Under the pieces are notes generated by a model that made no database searches, was not told the origin of the DNA, and was given only the letters and a program-made list of their open reading frames with translations. From IMG/VR virus record IMGVR_UViG_3300032308_002775, positions 89,670-153,669 of that record: a stretch of DNA of 64,000 bases. The stretch is one strand, 5' to 3'. Below are positions 20,061 through 29,302 of the stretch, piece by piece. Made by a program: the position numbers and the translations under genes. Every line of letters starts with the position of its first letter. The first letter of the stretch is position 1. The DNA comes from a virus.

Positions 20061-21986
20061 TCAGAACCCGCTGAAGAACCGGTCGCCCAGGTCGTCGTCG
20101 GCCCAGTTGTCCGGGTTCTCGGCGGCTACAGTCTGCGCGCTGAGCCGTCCGAGCCCGGCTATCTCGGCGAAGTTTGGCAGCGACTGGTTGATGTGCCAGA
20201 GCGCGTTCGTGCCGAAGTTTACGCTTTGGGCAAAGTCGTCCGAGAGCAGCACGTTCCGGGTAATGGTGTAGATGTCGCCCGAGCTGCGGCTCTCGGTCTT
20301 GTTTTCGATGAGCGACAAAAAGTCAGCGATCAGTCCGGGATTGTCCTGCGTGATCCAGTCGTACTGGAAGAACCGGACCTGCTTGAGCTTGATTGCCTGG
20401 CAGGTGTACAAGAGCGAGCGCGTCTTATCGAGCGAGTAATGCGCGCGGTGGTTGAACGCCGTGGGTTCCTTGTAGACCATCAGGTCCTGCGCCGCCGAGC
20501 GGCACAGCCGGATGGCCATGACACGGTCGAGGTTAAACCCTGCCTGGACCATCACTGTTTCGCGCACCGTTCCGGCGCCGGTGTAGTCGTGCGTGACAAA
20601 ATCGCACTTAAACAACTCCGAGTACTTCATGCACTCCACGGCCTCGGCCAGGTGCTCGCCGCCCAGCATGATTCGCTTGCCCCACAGCACGTCGATCACG
20701 CCATCGGAACGGAAACCCAAGATCGAAATTACGGTGAAAGAAACACCCGCCTCACCGCCGCCGCCCCAGTCAATCGCCAAAATCCGGTGCTTGTACTGAT
20801 CGAGGTTCTTCAAGCACTCAGGGTCCGGCTCGCGCTTGTTCTCCCACGGGAGCAGGCAGGCGTTGCGCAGGTCGGTTTCCGTCACGAGCTTCTGCCCGGC
20901 GTCAATCGATTCGCCGAGCACCTCGTTGTAGAACTGGGCCTGCGTGTAGTTAAAGCCTTCGCGTTTTTGCAGCAACGTTGCCCACTTGTCGGGATCGGCG
21001 TAGTGCAGGGGCAATAAAAGCTGCGGCACGTGATAACCCGCGAAGTTCCATCGGCGATCCGGATGCCGATGAACCCAGCGGCCGTGCCTTGGATTGATTG
21101 GCTTCTGGCACTTGGCGCAGACCGTGGCTGGCGCCTTCTCGCTGATGTCGTCCCGGTAGGGGCCGATCATCGCGTCAAGGTCGTGCTCGCGAGACGGAAT
21201 GTTCCAGTGCCTGCACGAGTGGCACGGGATGAACCACTCGGCTGCCGAACTGCGCTGATATAACCCCTCTAAAGGGTTATCCAGGGTCTTCGGCGTGCCC
21301 GTGAAATGGCTCATCGCGAACCGCGAGTACGACATTGTCTCCTGGATAATCGGAATGTGGTCGGGGTCCATGTCCTGGACCTCGTCGATGCACATCCGGT
21401 CGCTGGACACACCACGCACCCGGTCGGCGTCGAGCATCGCGTAGCTGAACAGCATCATGCTCTTGTTCTTGAACGAGCGCTGCAGCACGTTGTTGTCGGT
21501 TTCGCTGCCGCACCACTGCGCTTTGATGGGAGACTGCTCGATAAAGCTCCGAACATAGTTGTTGCTGAACCGACGTATCTGTTCAAAGAGCGGTGTTACG
21601 TACAACGTTTTGAAGAACGGGATACTATTGGCTACCACAACACCATGCGCCGCCAACGAAGTGGATTTCGAGAGCTGACGGCCCGTCTTCCAGACCTGGC
21701 TCTTAGGCATGAGCACCCTGAACAGGGGCGCAAAGGGAAAGTGATCGTGGATTGAGTACGGCTTGCCGTTCAGGTTTAACACCAGCGGCAGGATCGGCTC
21801 CAGAGACGGAAACGCGCGCTGCTCGGCCAACGCCTTGAGCACCTGCGTTCGCTCATTTGCAGACCTCTGGTCGGTGACGTTAATACCGGCCAGTTCTTCC
21901 AGCAGCGATCGAACCCCGTTACCGGGCACTTCATGCGCTGCTAATTCCAGCGGGTTCACCGCCCGCGTATCTATCGATGGTGACAT
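20061..21986 (-). CDS. Terminase large subunit, GpA-like
   Basis: Walker A-like TGRQLSKST, RG, Walker B IDEVQD, GTP motif, CxxC...CxxC Zn finger, nuclease AIDWGGG. Confidence 0.85.
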   Translation of the reverse strand: MSPSIDTRAVNPLELAAHEVPGNGVRSLLEELAGINVTDQRSANERTQVLKALAEQRAFPSLEPILPLVLNLNGKPYSIHDHFPFAPLFRVLMPKSQVWKTGRQLSKSTSLAAHGVVVANSIPFFKTLYVTPLFEQIRRFSNNYVRSFIEQSPIKAQWCGSETDNNVLQRSFKNKSMMLFSYAMLDADRVRGVSSDRMCIDEVQDMDPDHIPIIQETMSYSRFAMSHFTGTPKTLDNPLEGLYQRSSAAEWFIPCHSCRHWNIPSREHDLDAMIGPYRDDISEKAPATVCAKCQKPINPRHGRWVHRHPDRRWNFAGYHVPQLLLPLHYADPDKWATLLQKREGFNYTQAQFYNEVLGESIDAGQKLVTETDLRNACLLPWENKREPDPECLKNLDQYKHRILAIDWGGGGEAGVSFTVISILGFRSDGVIDVLWGKRIMLGGEHLAEAVECMKYSELFKCDFVTHDYTGAGTVRETVMVQAGFNLDRVMAIRLCRSAAQDLMVYKEPTAFNHRAHYSLDKTRSLLYTCQAIKLKQVRFFQYDWITQDNPGLIADFLSLIENKTESRSSGDIYTITRNVLLSDDFAQSVNFGTNALWHINQSLPNFAEIAGLGRLSAQTVAAENPDNWADDDLGDRFFSGF

Positions 21987-22151
21987 ATGCCCAAGTATCC
22001 CGAGCATGGTCGTTACGCGCAACCAAGCGCCGAAGGAGAACTCCAGTGGCTAGAGGACGGGATTCACGTCCTGTTTGAAGTCACGTGGCAAGCAACTGCC
22101 ACGCTTCTCGGCGCGCTGATTGGCGTCATCACCGGCGAAGAGCCGTGGTGA
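21987..22151 (+). CDS. Small protein with a hydrophobic C-terminus (54 aa, not in the ORF track)
   Basis: MPKYPEHG...ATLLGALIGVITGEEPW; fills the gap next to the terminase start. Confidence 0.4.
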   Translation: MPKYPEHGRYAQPSAEGELQWLEDGIHVLFEVTWQATATLLGALIGVITGEEPW

Positions 22152-22222
22152 CGGCATAACGACCGTGAGGCCTGGACGAGTATACTCAAGGGTGACTCGT
22201 TCAGGTTTTTAGGAGCGCCGCC

Positions 22223-22447
22223 ATGGCTAATGTGGGACACAGCGCCAAGCTGTATCAGGAACGACGTGAGCCGAACTTGCGTGTAACTTTGCGCGGCCCA
22301 GGCCCGCAAATTTACCTGCCGGACAACGCGGCCAATCACCTTAACCTGGAGGCGCCGCTTCCGTTACCGACCCTGCTTGAAGACAACTGCGCGCCCGCTG
22401 ACGTGAAAACGCAGGTGTGGCCGCACGGAGACAAGTATGCCCCGTGA
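22223..22447 (+). CDS. Hypothetical protein
   Basis: SD AGGAG. Confidence 0.55.
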   Translation: MANVGHSAKLYQERREPNLRVTLRGPGPQIYLPDNAANHLNLEAPLPLPTLLEDNCAPADVKTQVWPHGDKYAP

Positions 22448-22638
22448 ATGAAACCTACGATTATGAACGCTTGTTTCTGGTATTTGGAGGCGGCATCGTC
22501 GTGGTGTCCGCGATCGCTGTTCTAGGCGGTTGCCAATCTTTCGGCGATTTTGCTGCCGCGCTATTGGCGGGATACGTTCTGCTGCGCATCACCAACACAA
22601 TGCGCCAAGAAGACACGCAGTACAGGAGGCGCCGATGA
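22444..22638 (+). CDS. Small membrane protein
   Basis: GTGA overlap; two hydrophobic segments. Confidence 0.5.
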   Translation: MNETYDYERLFLVFGGGIVVVSAIAVLGGCQSFGDFAAALLAGYVLLRITNTMRQEDTQYRRRR

Positions 22639-23042
22639 TTTCGGTTCTCGATTTCTTCGCTGTCGTCATGGCTACCGGCGCCGTAATCGAAGTCTGGCAC
22701 AAAGGCTCAATCTTCGCCGACCTCCGCGCCAGGGCGCAGGCTATCCAAGACGTCACCGAGCCGGACACGCTCAAGGGCAAGCTGCTCGAGCTGCTGATGT
22801 GCCCTTTCTGCAAGAGCTACCACGTGCCGTTCTACCTGGGCGTCATGATCTTGCTAGGTGACTGGGCTGGCGCTACGATCGGGGCAGTCGCGCGCCTGCT
22901 CGTCTACAGCCTGGCCGCGACGCGCATTTCCAACATCGTTGACGGGCTATTGCCGCCCAATCTTCAGTACGACCCACCCATTGAAGGAACCACCAGTGGA
23001 AAATCAGACGCCGGAGATTCAGTCAGATCGGCTTCCGTTTGA
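22635..23042 (+). CDS. DUF1360-like membrane protein
   Basis: SIF..LR and ELLMCPFCKSYH motifs with flanking TM segments; SD AGGAGG. Confidence 0.6.
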   Translation: MISVLDFFAVVMATGAVIEVWHKGSIFADLRARAQAIQDVTEPDTLKGKLLELLMCPFCKSYHVPFYLGVMILLGDWAGATIGAVARLLVYSLAATRISNIVDGLLPPNLQYDPPIEGTTSGKSDAGDSVRSASV

Positions 23043-23379
23043 CGTTCAACTTTTCAAAGCTGCTGACGAGTTCTCCTCGGCTGTCATGAAGGCTGTGCCC
23101 GAGCTGCACGGCATCGCCATCGTTCCGATTTGGAACACGCAGCCCAAAGACACGCCCTCGGGGCTTCTGCGGCTGCGCAATCCGCAACCGCCGTTCGTTG
23201 CCAGCCTGCTATCGCTCTTGAAGCGCCTTACGGCGTTCAGCGTCGAAGTCCACAAGGACCTCATGAACCAATTCGGCATGTACGACCAGTACGCCGCCGA
23301 GTTGTCGCGCCAGATCGCTGCAAAGCAGGAAGAACTGGCCGCTCCCGCGGCGCCGCAGAGTGAGGACGCGAATGGCTGA
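22996..23379 (+). CDS. Hypothetical protein
   Basis: GTG start with AAGGA SD. Confidence 0.55.
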   Translation: MENQTPEIQSDRLPFDVQLFKAADEFSSAVMKAVPELHGIAIVPIWNTQPKDTPSGLLRLRNPQPPFVASLLSLLKRLTAFSVEVHKDLMNQFGMYDQYAAELSRQIAAKQEELAAPAAPQSEDANG

Positions 23380-23674
23380 CGACAAGACTCCGACAACCGA
23401 GATTACGATTGCCGCAGATAATGAGACGCTGCGGGATTTGCTCCAGAACCAATACGGCCGCTGCGAAGCGGGCGAAGTTCGCGCTGCGCTCGAGGGACAG
23501 TACTCGATCGTCTGGAACGAAGACGAGTTTCAGACGGCATTCGACCTTGTCGAGACAGCTCCGCCTTACGTCACTGTGGTAAACAAAGAAACCGGACAGC
23601 CCGGCACGCTGATCTACGTAGACAGCCCGCGGTTCTACTTCCTGTTCAACCCCGAGATCAACAATGGCGAATGA
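23372..23674 (+). CDS. Hypothetical protein
   Basis: SD GAGG; PYV.V..K.TG..GTL....SPRFYF block. Confidence 0.6.
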   Translation: MADDKTPTTEITIAADNETLRDLLQNQYGRCEAGEVRAALEGQYSIVWNEDEFQTAFDLVETAPPYVTVVNKETGQPGTLIYVDSPRFYFLFNPEINNGE

Positions 23675-24128
23675 GGCCAGGCATCATTTCGACACCGGCG
23701 CAGTTCGTTCCGCAGACGTCGACGAGGAGCGTTGGGACCTGATCAGCCCGATTGGTCTGCAAGCGCTTGCCCGCACCTATGCCGAGGGCGCAAGGAAGTT
23801 TGGCGCGGCAAACTGGGAGAACGGCATGCCCGTGACGGATCTACTCAACCACGGCATTGCCCACATCTTCAAGTTCCTGGCTGGCGACCGGGCGGAAGAC
23901 CATCTGGCCCACGCGGCCTGGAACATTCTGGGAGCTATCCACTCACTGGAAAAGTGGCCGGAATTAAATGAGGGCCTGCTGCGTGGGCCGGGCTGCACTT
24001 GCCCACCCGCAGCCGCCACGCCCGCGGCCAATGGCGACAATCCAAAGATATCTTTGGGACCAGACGAGGTTCGCCAAAGGCTGGAGCAACTCGCGAAGAA
24101 GCCGCCAGCCTACGGCAGCTCGACCTGA
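23664..24128 (+). CDS. dATP/dGTP diphosphohydrolase domain protein (DUF5664-like)
   Basis: FDTGAVRS, R.DLISP, GARKFG..NWENG and EDHLAHAAWN motifs. Confidence 0.8.
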   Translation: MANEARHHFDTGAVRSADVDEERWDLISPIGLQALARTYAEGARKFGAANWENGMPVTDLLNHGIAHIFKFLAGDRAEDHLAHAAWNILGAIHSLEKWPELNEGLLRGPGCTCPPAAATPAANGDNPKISLGPDEVRQRLEQLAKKPPAYGSST

Positions 24129-24162
24129 TCGCTCGCGCGGCCCGCAGCTCTGATTGCAGACC

Positions 24163-24235
24163 TGTTTTCACAGCATTAAGTGAAACATTTTCCTGGCGCC
24201 CTTGTTTCTTGCGTTTCACAGATTACTGTGGAACG
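24163..24235. promoter_or_regulatory. Pair of related imperfect palindromes (putative operators)
   Basis: TGTTTTCACAGCATTAAGTGAAACA (24163-24187) and CGTTTCACAGATTACTGTGGAACG (24212-24235). Confidence 0.5.
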
Positions 24236-24280
24236 GAATTCGCCGCTGCGCACTAGAGTGCGCGGCTATCTCACGCAACC

Positions 24281-24694
24281 ATGAAGGTTTTTTCTCGTAA
24301 GCGGAGTTCTTCCATGCCCTTCAAGACCTACCGGCCCAGCAAGTCCGACCAGGCACGCGCCGTCGCTGCTCAACTCAAAGCCGAAGGCAAACCCGTCCGA
24401 CCGAAGACGGTGCTCGAGATTCTCGCCAAGCGCGGCGTCGTGATGGATCCCGGCCAATGCTCAAAGCTCACCGGCGAGTTCTGTAAGCGCCGCAAGCGCA
24501 CCTGGACGCGCCGCGCCTCGAAGGTCCGGACAGTGTCCAGCAACAACGGAGCGGCCAACGTCTGCGCCCCTGTTAAGACCTACAAGCACCTAGAGCTTGC
24601 CGCCGCGTTCGCCCAAAGTTGCGGCAGCGTTCACAAAGCGCAGCAGGCGCTAGCCGATCTGGCCACGATCGTCGAACCGTTTGTCAAGTCCTGA
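24281..24694 (+). CDS. Basic putative DNA-binding protein, paralogue of the next gene
   Basis: Shares RP..V...LA..GV and L..AA.F....G....A...L blocks with 24739-25473. Confidence 0.65.
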   Translation: MKVFSRKRSSSMPFKTYRPSKSDQARAVAAQLKAEGKPVRPKTVLEILAKRGVVMDPGQCSKLTGEFCKRRKRTWTRRASKVRTVSSNNGAANVCAPVKTYKHLELAAAFAQSCGSVHKAQQALADLATIVEPFVKS

Positions 24695-24738
24695 TCTGAT
24701 TTCACACATCACCGTAAAATATCCCCAGAGGACCAGCT

Positions 24739-25473
24739 ATGTCTGACACCGAAGTCGACCCCATCTGGGACACCACCGAGCCGTTTGCCGAGCAGGCGCG
24801 CCCGGAACCAAAGTTGTCCAGGAAGAAAAAGTCCGGCACGGAGGCCGAAATCGTTCTGCCCGAAACCGACGAGCTGCCAGAGCCTGTAGAACCAGGCGAG
24901 CTAATCGACGGATCGGAGGACGACATTTCCGCGCTTGAGGAACAGGACCCCACTGTTCCAATCGAGGTCGCTGTTGACCTCGAAGACCGTGCCCGTGGCA
25001 ACGCCGAAAAGGCGGCTGCCCGAAAGAGGAGTGAACCCATGTCCGAGAAGACCAAGACCAAGGCCGAATGGATCCGCGACGAGATCGCCCAGCGCAAGGC
25101 CGACGGCGTCGAAACCATCCGCCCCCGCGACATCATCGCGGCGCTGGCGGAGAAGGGCGTCAAGGTCACGGCGCCCCAGGTCAGCGTGACCCTGCGCGAT
25201 TTCGACAAGCCGAAGGCGGCCAAGCCCGCGAAGACCATCAAGGCGGGCAAGCTGGTTGCGGCAACCAAGGCTGCTGAGAAGGCCAAGTCCCGGGAGCCCA
25301 AGCGGGCCACGGCACGGCTCAGCGCCGTTTCGGCAAAGCAGGCGCCCGCGGCCAACAAGCCGTCCTACGAGGCGCTGGAGGCCACGGCTGAGTTCGTGAA
25401 GACCAACGGCGGCCTGGAGACGGCGCGCCAGCTGCTCGATGCCTACGCGAAGTTGTTCAACCCGGCGGGCTGA
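24739..25473 (+). CDS. Putative nucleoid-associated protein: acidic N-terminal extension plus Lys/Ala-rich core
   Basis: KAEWIRD...RPRDIIAALAEKGVKVT..QVS; histone H1-like KA linker; internal SD and ATG at 25039. Confidence 0.7.
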   Translation: MSDTEVDPIWDTTEPFAEQARPEPKLSRKKKSGTEAEIVLPETDELPEPVEPGELIDGSEDDISALEEQDPTVPIEVAVDLEDRARGNAEKAAARKRSEPMSEKTKTKAEWIRDEIAQRKADGVETIRPRDIIAALAEKGVKVTAPQVSVTLRDFDKPKAAKPAKTIKAGKLVAATKAAEKAKSREPKRATARLSAVSAKQAPAANKPSYEALEATAEFVKTNGGLETARQLLDAYAKLFNPAG

Positions 25474-25617
25474 GAGTCCTTCCTGTCGCCTGCGCGGCCG
25501 GTGTCCGGCGCGTGTCACCACACGTCTGCCCCACCCGGCCCGGCTCCGCAGGTCCTCAAATTCGGGCGCGCTGCCCAACCGCGCGGCTTATCTGGCCGCG
25601 CCGCCCACGGAGGTTCT

Positions 25618-25899
25618 ATGCCTACAGCCTGCCCCCTGCGCCCTCGTCGCGCCTATCAGGCCATGACGATGCCCGCGGGGACCATCAAACGTATTCATGT
25701 GAACCAGCACATTATCAAGGCCAACGTCTCCAACCAGACCGACGACCAAGCGGTCACCGTCCAGTGGCGCGGCAAGAGCTACATCGGCCGCGACGTCCAG
25801 ATCAAGGGCGCCAGCACCGTGATGCAGCGCATGGCCAAACCGCTTTCCTGCGGCGCCCGCATCTGGATCGAGACCCGCGCCGAAGTGGAAATCCTATGA
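25618..25899 (+). CDS. Conserved-looking phage protein
   Basis: IHVNQH.IK.N ... KPLSCGARIWIET; SD GGAGG. Confidence 0.7.
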   Translation: MPTACPLRPRRAYQAMTMPAGTIKRIHVNQHIIKANVSNQTDDQAVTVQWRGKSYIGRDVQIKGASTVMQRMAKPLSCGARIWIETRAEVEIL

Positions 25900-26210
25900 G
25901 TCGCTATCACGAGACCCAGCGCGACGAGGACCTCGGCAGCCTGACTAACGCGCTGCAGTACCTCGACCAGATTCGCGCTACCTTTGGCGACGTGCTCGCC
26001 ATTCCCGAAGTGATCACGATCCAGGACGTCATGGCCATCGCCCTGGACACGACCAAGGGACCCCAGCTCATCGGCGACGTCTGCAGCCGCGACGAGATCG
26101 TCCATATCCTCCGGTCCTTCGCCGACAACCCGTGCGGCGACCCGGCCCTGATTGCGCAGTACGCGCTCAACGACTATCGCGAAACCCAAAAACTCACCAA
26201 CAAGGAGTAA
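25896..26210 (+). CDS. Hypothetical protein
   Basis: ATGA overlap. Confidence 0.6.
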   Translation: MSRYHETQRDEDLGSLTNALQYLDQIRATFGDVLAIPEVITIQDVMAIALDTTKGPQLIGDVCSRDEIVHILRSFADNPCGDPALIAQYALNDYRETQKLTNKE

Positions 26211-26213
26211 CGC

Positions 26214-26576
26214 ATGAGCCACATCGTGCAGATTAAGACGGAAGTGAAGGATGAAATGGCGGTCCGCGCCGCCTGCCTGCGCCTCAAGTGGGAGCAGCCC
26301 GTGTTTGGCAAGCACCGCGTATTCAGCGTCGACCGCGAAGGCCTCGGGGTGACGATTCCCGGCTGGCACTTCCCGGTCGTCGTCAACATGTCGACCGGCG
26401 CGCTCGACTACGACAACTACAACGGCCACTGGGGCGAGCAGAAGCTGCTCGATCAGTTTCTCCAGGCCTATACGATCGAGAAGGCCAAGCTCGAGGCGCA
26501 GAAGATGGGTCACTCGGTGTATGAAGAGCCGATGGCCGATGGTTCGATCAAGCTCACCGTCACCGTGGAGGCCTGA
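26214..26576 (+). CDS. DUF1257 (Ycf35-like) protein
   Basis: MSHIVQIKTEVKD ... YDNYNGHWG ... DGSIKLTV. Confidence 0.8.
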   Translation: MSHIVQIKTEVKDEMAVRAACLRLKWEQPVFGKHRVFSVDREGLGVTIPGWHFPVVVNMSTGALDYDNYNGHWGEQKLLDQFLQAYTIEKAKLEAQKMGHSVYEEPMADGSIKLTVTVEA

Positions 26577-26581
26577 CCAAC

Positions 26582-26773
26582 ATGACCAAGATCATCGAAA
26601 TCATTGTTTCCCCCAAGGGCGAAACCAAGCTCGAGACCAAGGGCTTTGCGGGCAACAGCTGCCAGGAAGCCACGCGAGCCCTCGAGGCTGCGCTGGGCGC
26701 CAAGACCGACGAATCCCTGACCGGTGAGTATTACACCGAGGTCAACACCAACCAGCTCGACGTCCAGAACTAA
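26582..26773 (+). CDS. DUF2997 protein
   Basis: IEIIVSPKGETKLETKGFAG.SC.EAT..LE.ALG ... T.EYY. Confidence 0.8.
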   Translation: MTKIIEIIVSPKGETKLETKGFAGNSCQEATRALEAALGAKTDESLTGEYYTEVNTNQLDVQN

Positions 26774-26782
26774 GGAGACCCG

Positions 26783-28276
26783 ATGAATCTTTCCCAGCAG
26801 ATCAAGGAACTCGTGTGCGCGGGCTTCAGCGGCATCTGGGTCGACACTCAGGAGTCGGACGACGCCGTGGCCACCGTCAAGAAGCTCTGCGAGGAGCGGG
26901 ACTGGGGCTTTGAGGTCTGGGACCTCGACCGCCAGCTCTGCGTCCACAACGCCACGCCCGCTCCCGGCCCTGTCCAGGCGCTCCGCTGGCTCGACACGCC
27001 GGACGCGCGGGCCAAGAGCACGCAGCTCCTGCTGCTCAAGAACTTCCACAAGTATCTGCCCAACCCCGAGGTGATGCAGGTCCTCCAAAACCGCGTTATT
27101 ACCGGCAAGGCGATCGGCCAGCACGTGATCGTGATGAGCCCCGTGCTCCAGCTCCAGCCGGAGATCGAGAAGCTTTTCACGATCGTTCACCACGAGCTGC
27201 CGGACCGCGCGCAGCTCACGACGATTGCCAACGAACTGTTCACCGGCGAGGGCAACACGTTCGAAAAGCCCGCCGACGAGGTGATCGCTAGCGTGATCGA
27301 CGCCGCCAGCGGGATGACCCGTCTGGAGGCCGAGAACGCGTTTGCGCTCTCGCTGGTCCGGCACAACACCCTGAGCCCGGACGTGATCTGGAATCTCAAA
27401 GCGCAAACCCTGGAGAAGGCTGGCACCCTGGCCCTCTACCGGGGCGACGCCAGCTTCGACGGCCTGGGCGGCCTCGATAACCTGAAGCAGTTTTGCCTGC
27501 GCGCCATGAAGCGCCAGGGCGAGGCTGACCCCGAGCGCCGTCCTCGCGGCGTGCTCCTGCTCTCGCCTCCGGGCTGCGGCAAGTCGCAGTTCGCCAAGGC
27601 GCTGGGCAACGAGGTCGGGCGACCCACAGTCGTCCTCGACTTCGGCGCGCTGATGGGCAAGTTTGTCGGCGAGTCGGAGGGCAACATCCGCCGGGCGCTC
27701 GCCCTGGTGGACGCGATGGCGCCCTGCATCCTGTTTGCCGACGAGATCGAGAAGGCGCTCTCCGGCGTGGGCAGCTCGGGTCAGACCGACTCGGGCGTCA
27801 CGGCGCGCCTCTTCGGCACGTTCCTCACGTGGCTCAACGACCACAAGTCTGACGTGTTCTTCATCGGCACCTGCAATGACGCCAGCAAGCTCCCGCCCGA
27901 GTTCACTCGTGCGGAGCGCTTCGACGGCGTGTTCTTTGTTGACCTGCCGACGGCCGACGCCCGAAACTACATCTGGGACCTGTATCTCAAGAAGTTTGGC
28001 CTGGACAAGAACCAGGCCCGCCCGGACGACACGAACTGGACCGGCGCCGAGATCAAGAGCTGCTGCCGCTTGGCGGCGTTGCTCGACGTCTCGCTCATCG
28101 AGGCCGCGTTCAACGTGGTGCCGGTGGCTGTGACCAACGCCGAGGCGATCACCAACCTGCGCACGTGGGCTGACGGCCGTTGCCTGTCCGCCGACAACAA
28201 GGGTTATTTCAAGAAGGCCGCCGTGAAGGCCAACGAGCCTGGCACCCGCCGTCGGGTTGCGCCCAGTTCTAACTGA
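26783..28276 (+). CDS. AAA+ ATPase (Ycf46-like)
   Basis: Walker A PPGCGKS, Walker B DEIEK, R.ERFD arginine finger, WTGAEI. Confidence 0.9.
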   Translation: MNLSQQIKELVCAGFSGIWVDTQESDDAVATVKKLCEERDWGFEVWDLDRQLCVHNATPAPGPVQALRWLDTPDARAKSTQLLLLKNFHKYLPNPEVMQVLQNRVITGKAIGQHVIVMSPVLQLQPEIEKLFTIVHHELPDRAQLTTIANELFTGEGNTFEKPADEVIASVIDAASGMTRLEAENAFALSLVRHNTLSPDVIWNLKAQTLEKAGTLALYRGDASFDGLGGLDNLKQFCLRAMKRQGEADPERRPRGVLLLSPPGCGKSQFAKALGNEVGRPTVVLDFGALMGKFVGESEGNIRRALALVDAMAPCILFADEIEKALSGVGSSGQTDSGVTARLFGTFLTWLNDHKSDVFFIGTCNDASKLPPEFTRAERFDGVFFVDLPTADARNYIWDLYLKKFGLDKNQARPDDTNWTGAEIKSCCRLAALLDVSLIEAAFNVVPVAVTNAEAITNLRTWADGRCLSADNKGYFKKAAVKANEPGTRRRVAPSSN

Positions 28277-28339
28277 TAGATATCTATTGAGTTCCCCCTG
28301 GGCGCGACTGTGTAGTCTCGCCTTTTCTCAGGAGACCCC

Positions 28340-29302
28340 ATGAGCACAACTCTCGACGAAGCCCCGCCAGAAATTCCGGCGGGCGACGGCGCGCCAGTCG
28401 CCGAGGCCGCGCAGGAAATGCGCGCTTCGATGGGCGCCGTCGAGCTGCGTTTCACCTGGCTCGGAACCCAGCGCAAGCTGGCCGACAGCCAGACCCGGCA
28501 GGCGGCCGACACCTTCCACGCCGATGCCAAGAGCGTCAGGGCCAGCAAGGTCCTCATTGACGCCAAGCACCCGGCGTATCGTGCGGCCACCGTCATTCGC
28601 AGTCAGGCCCGGGGTTTTCTCCGCGGTATCAGTCTGCCTTATCCGCAGGAAGGCATCCGCCTGATCAAGTACGACGACATCTCGCGCTTCGAGGCGCAGA
28701 TGCTGGAGTTTCGCGAACGGCTCGACAATGCCGTGGCGACGCTCCAGGAACACTACGACGCGATCAAGGCCGACGCCCGCGAGCGGCTGGGCGACCTCTA
28801 CAACGCGGCCGACTACCCGGCCAGCTTGGAGGGCGTGTTCAGTCTCACCTGGGATTATCCCAGCATCGAGCCGCCGGAGTACCTGCTCAACTACAACCCG
28901 GGGCTGTACCGGCAGCAGCAGGCGCGCGTTCAGGAGCGTTTCGAGCAGGCCGTGGTCCTGGCCGAAAACGCCTTTGGCGAGCGGCTCCAGGAACTGATCG
29001 ACCACCTGCTCGAGCGGCTGCGGGGCGTGGAGACGGGCGAAGCCAAGCGGTTCAGTAACTCGACCGTGGAAAACTTCGCCGAGTTTGCCGCCGAGTTCCG
29101 CCGGATGAACATCCGCGGAAACACCCAGCTGGAAAGCCTGATCAACCAGGCGCAGTCGATTGTGTCCGGCGTCGACTCCAAAGCCATCAAGGCCAACGGA
29201 GACCTTCGTCAGACGTTGTCGACTCAAATGGGTGAAGTGCGCGACGCGCTTGATACGATCCTGGCCAACCAGCCTCGGCGCCGCGTCATGCGGATGGACT
29301 GA
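28340..29302 (+). CDS. Coiled-coil protein of the DUF1257/DUF2997/AAA cluster (DUF3150-like)
   Basis: SLPYP..GIRLI and LGDLYN.ADYP blocks; SD AGGAG. Confidence 0.65.
   Translation: MSTTLDEAPPEIPAGDGAPVAEAAQEMRASMGAVELRFTWLGTQRKLADSQTRQAADTFHADAKSVRASKVLIDAKHPAYRAATVIRSQARGFLRGISLPYPQEGIRLIKYDDISRFEAQMLEFRERLDNAVATLQEHYDAIKADARERLGDLYNAADYPASLEGVFSLTWDYPSIEPPEYLLNYNPGLYRQQQARVQERFEQAVVLAENAFGERLQELIDHLLERLRGVETGEAKRFSNSTVENFAEFAAEFRRMNIRGNTQLESLINQAQSIVSGVDSKAIKANGDLRQTLSTQMGEVRDALDTILANQPRRRVMRMD

Noticed and set aside
20193-21755. Plus-strand ORFs inside the terminase gene
   Set aside because: Shadows of the motif-bearing minus-strand terminase.
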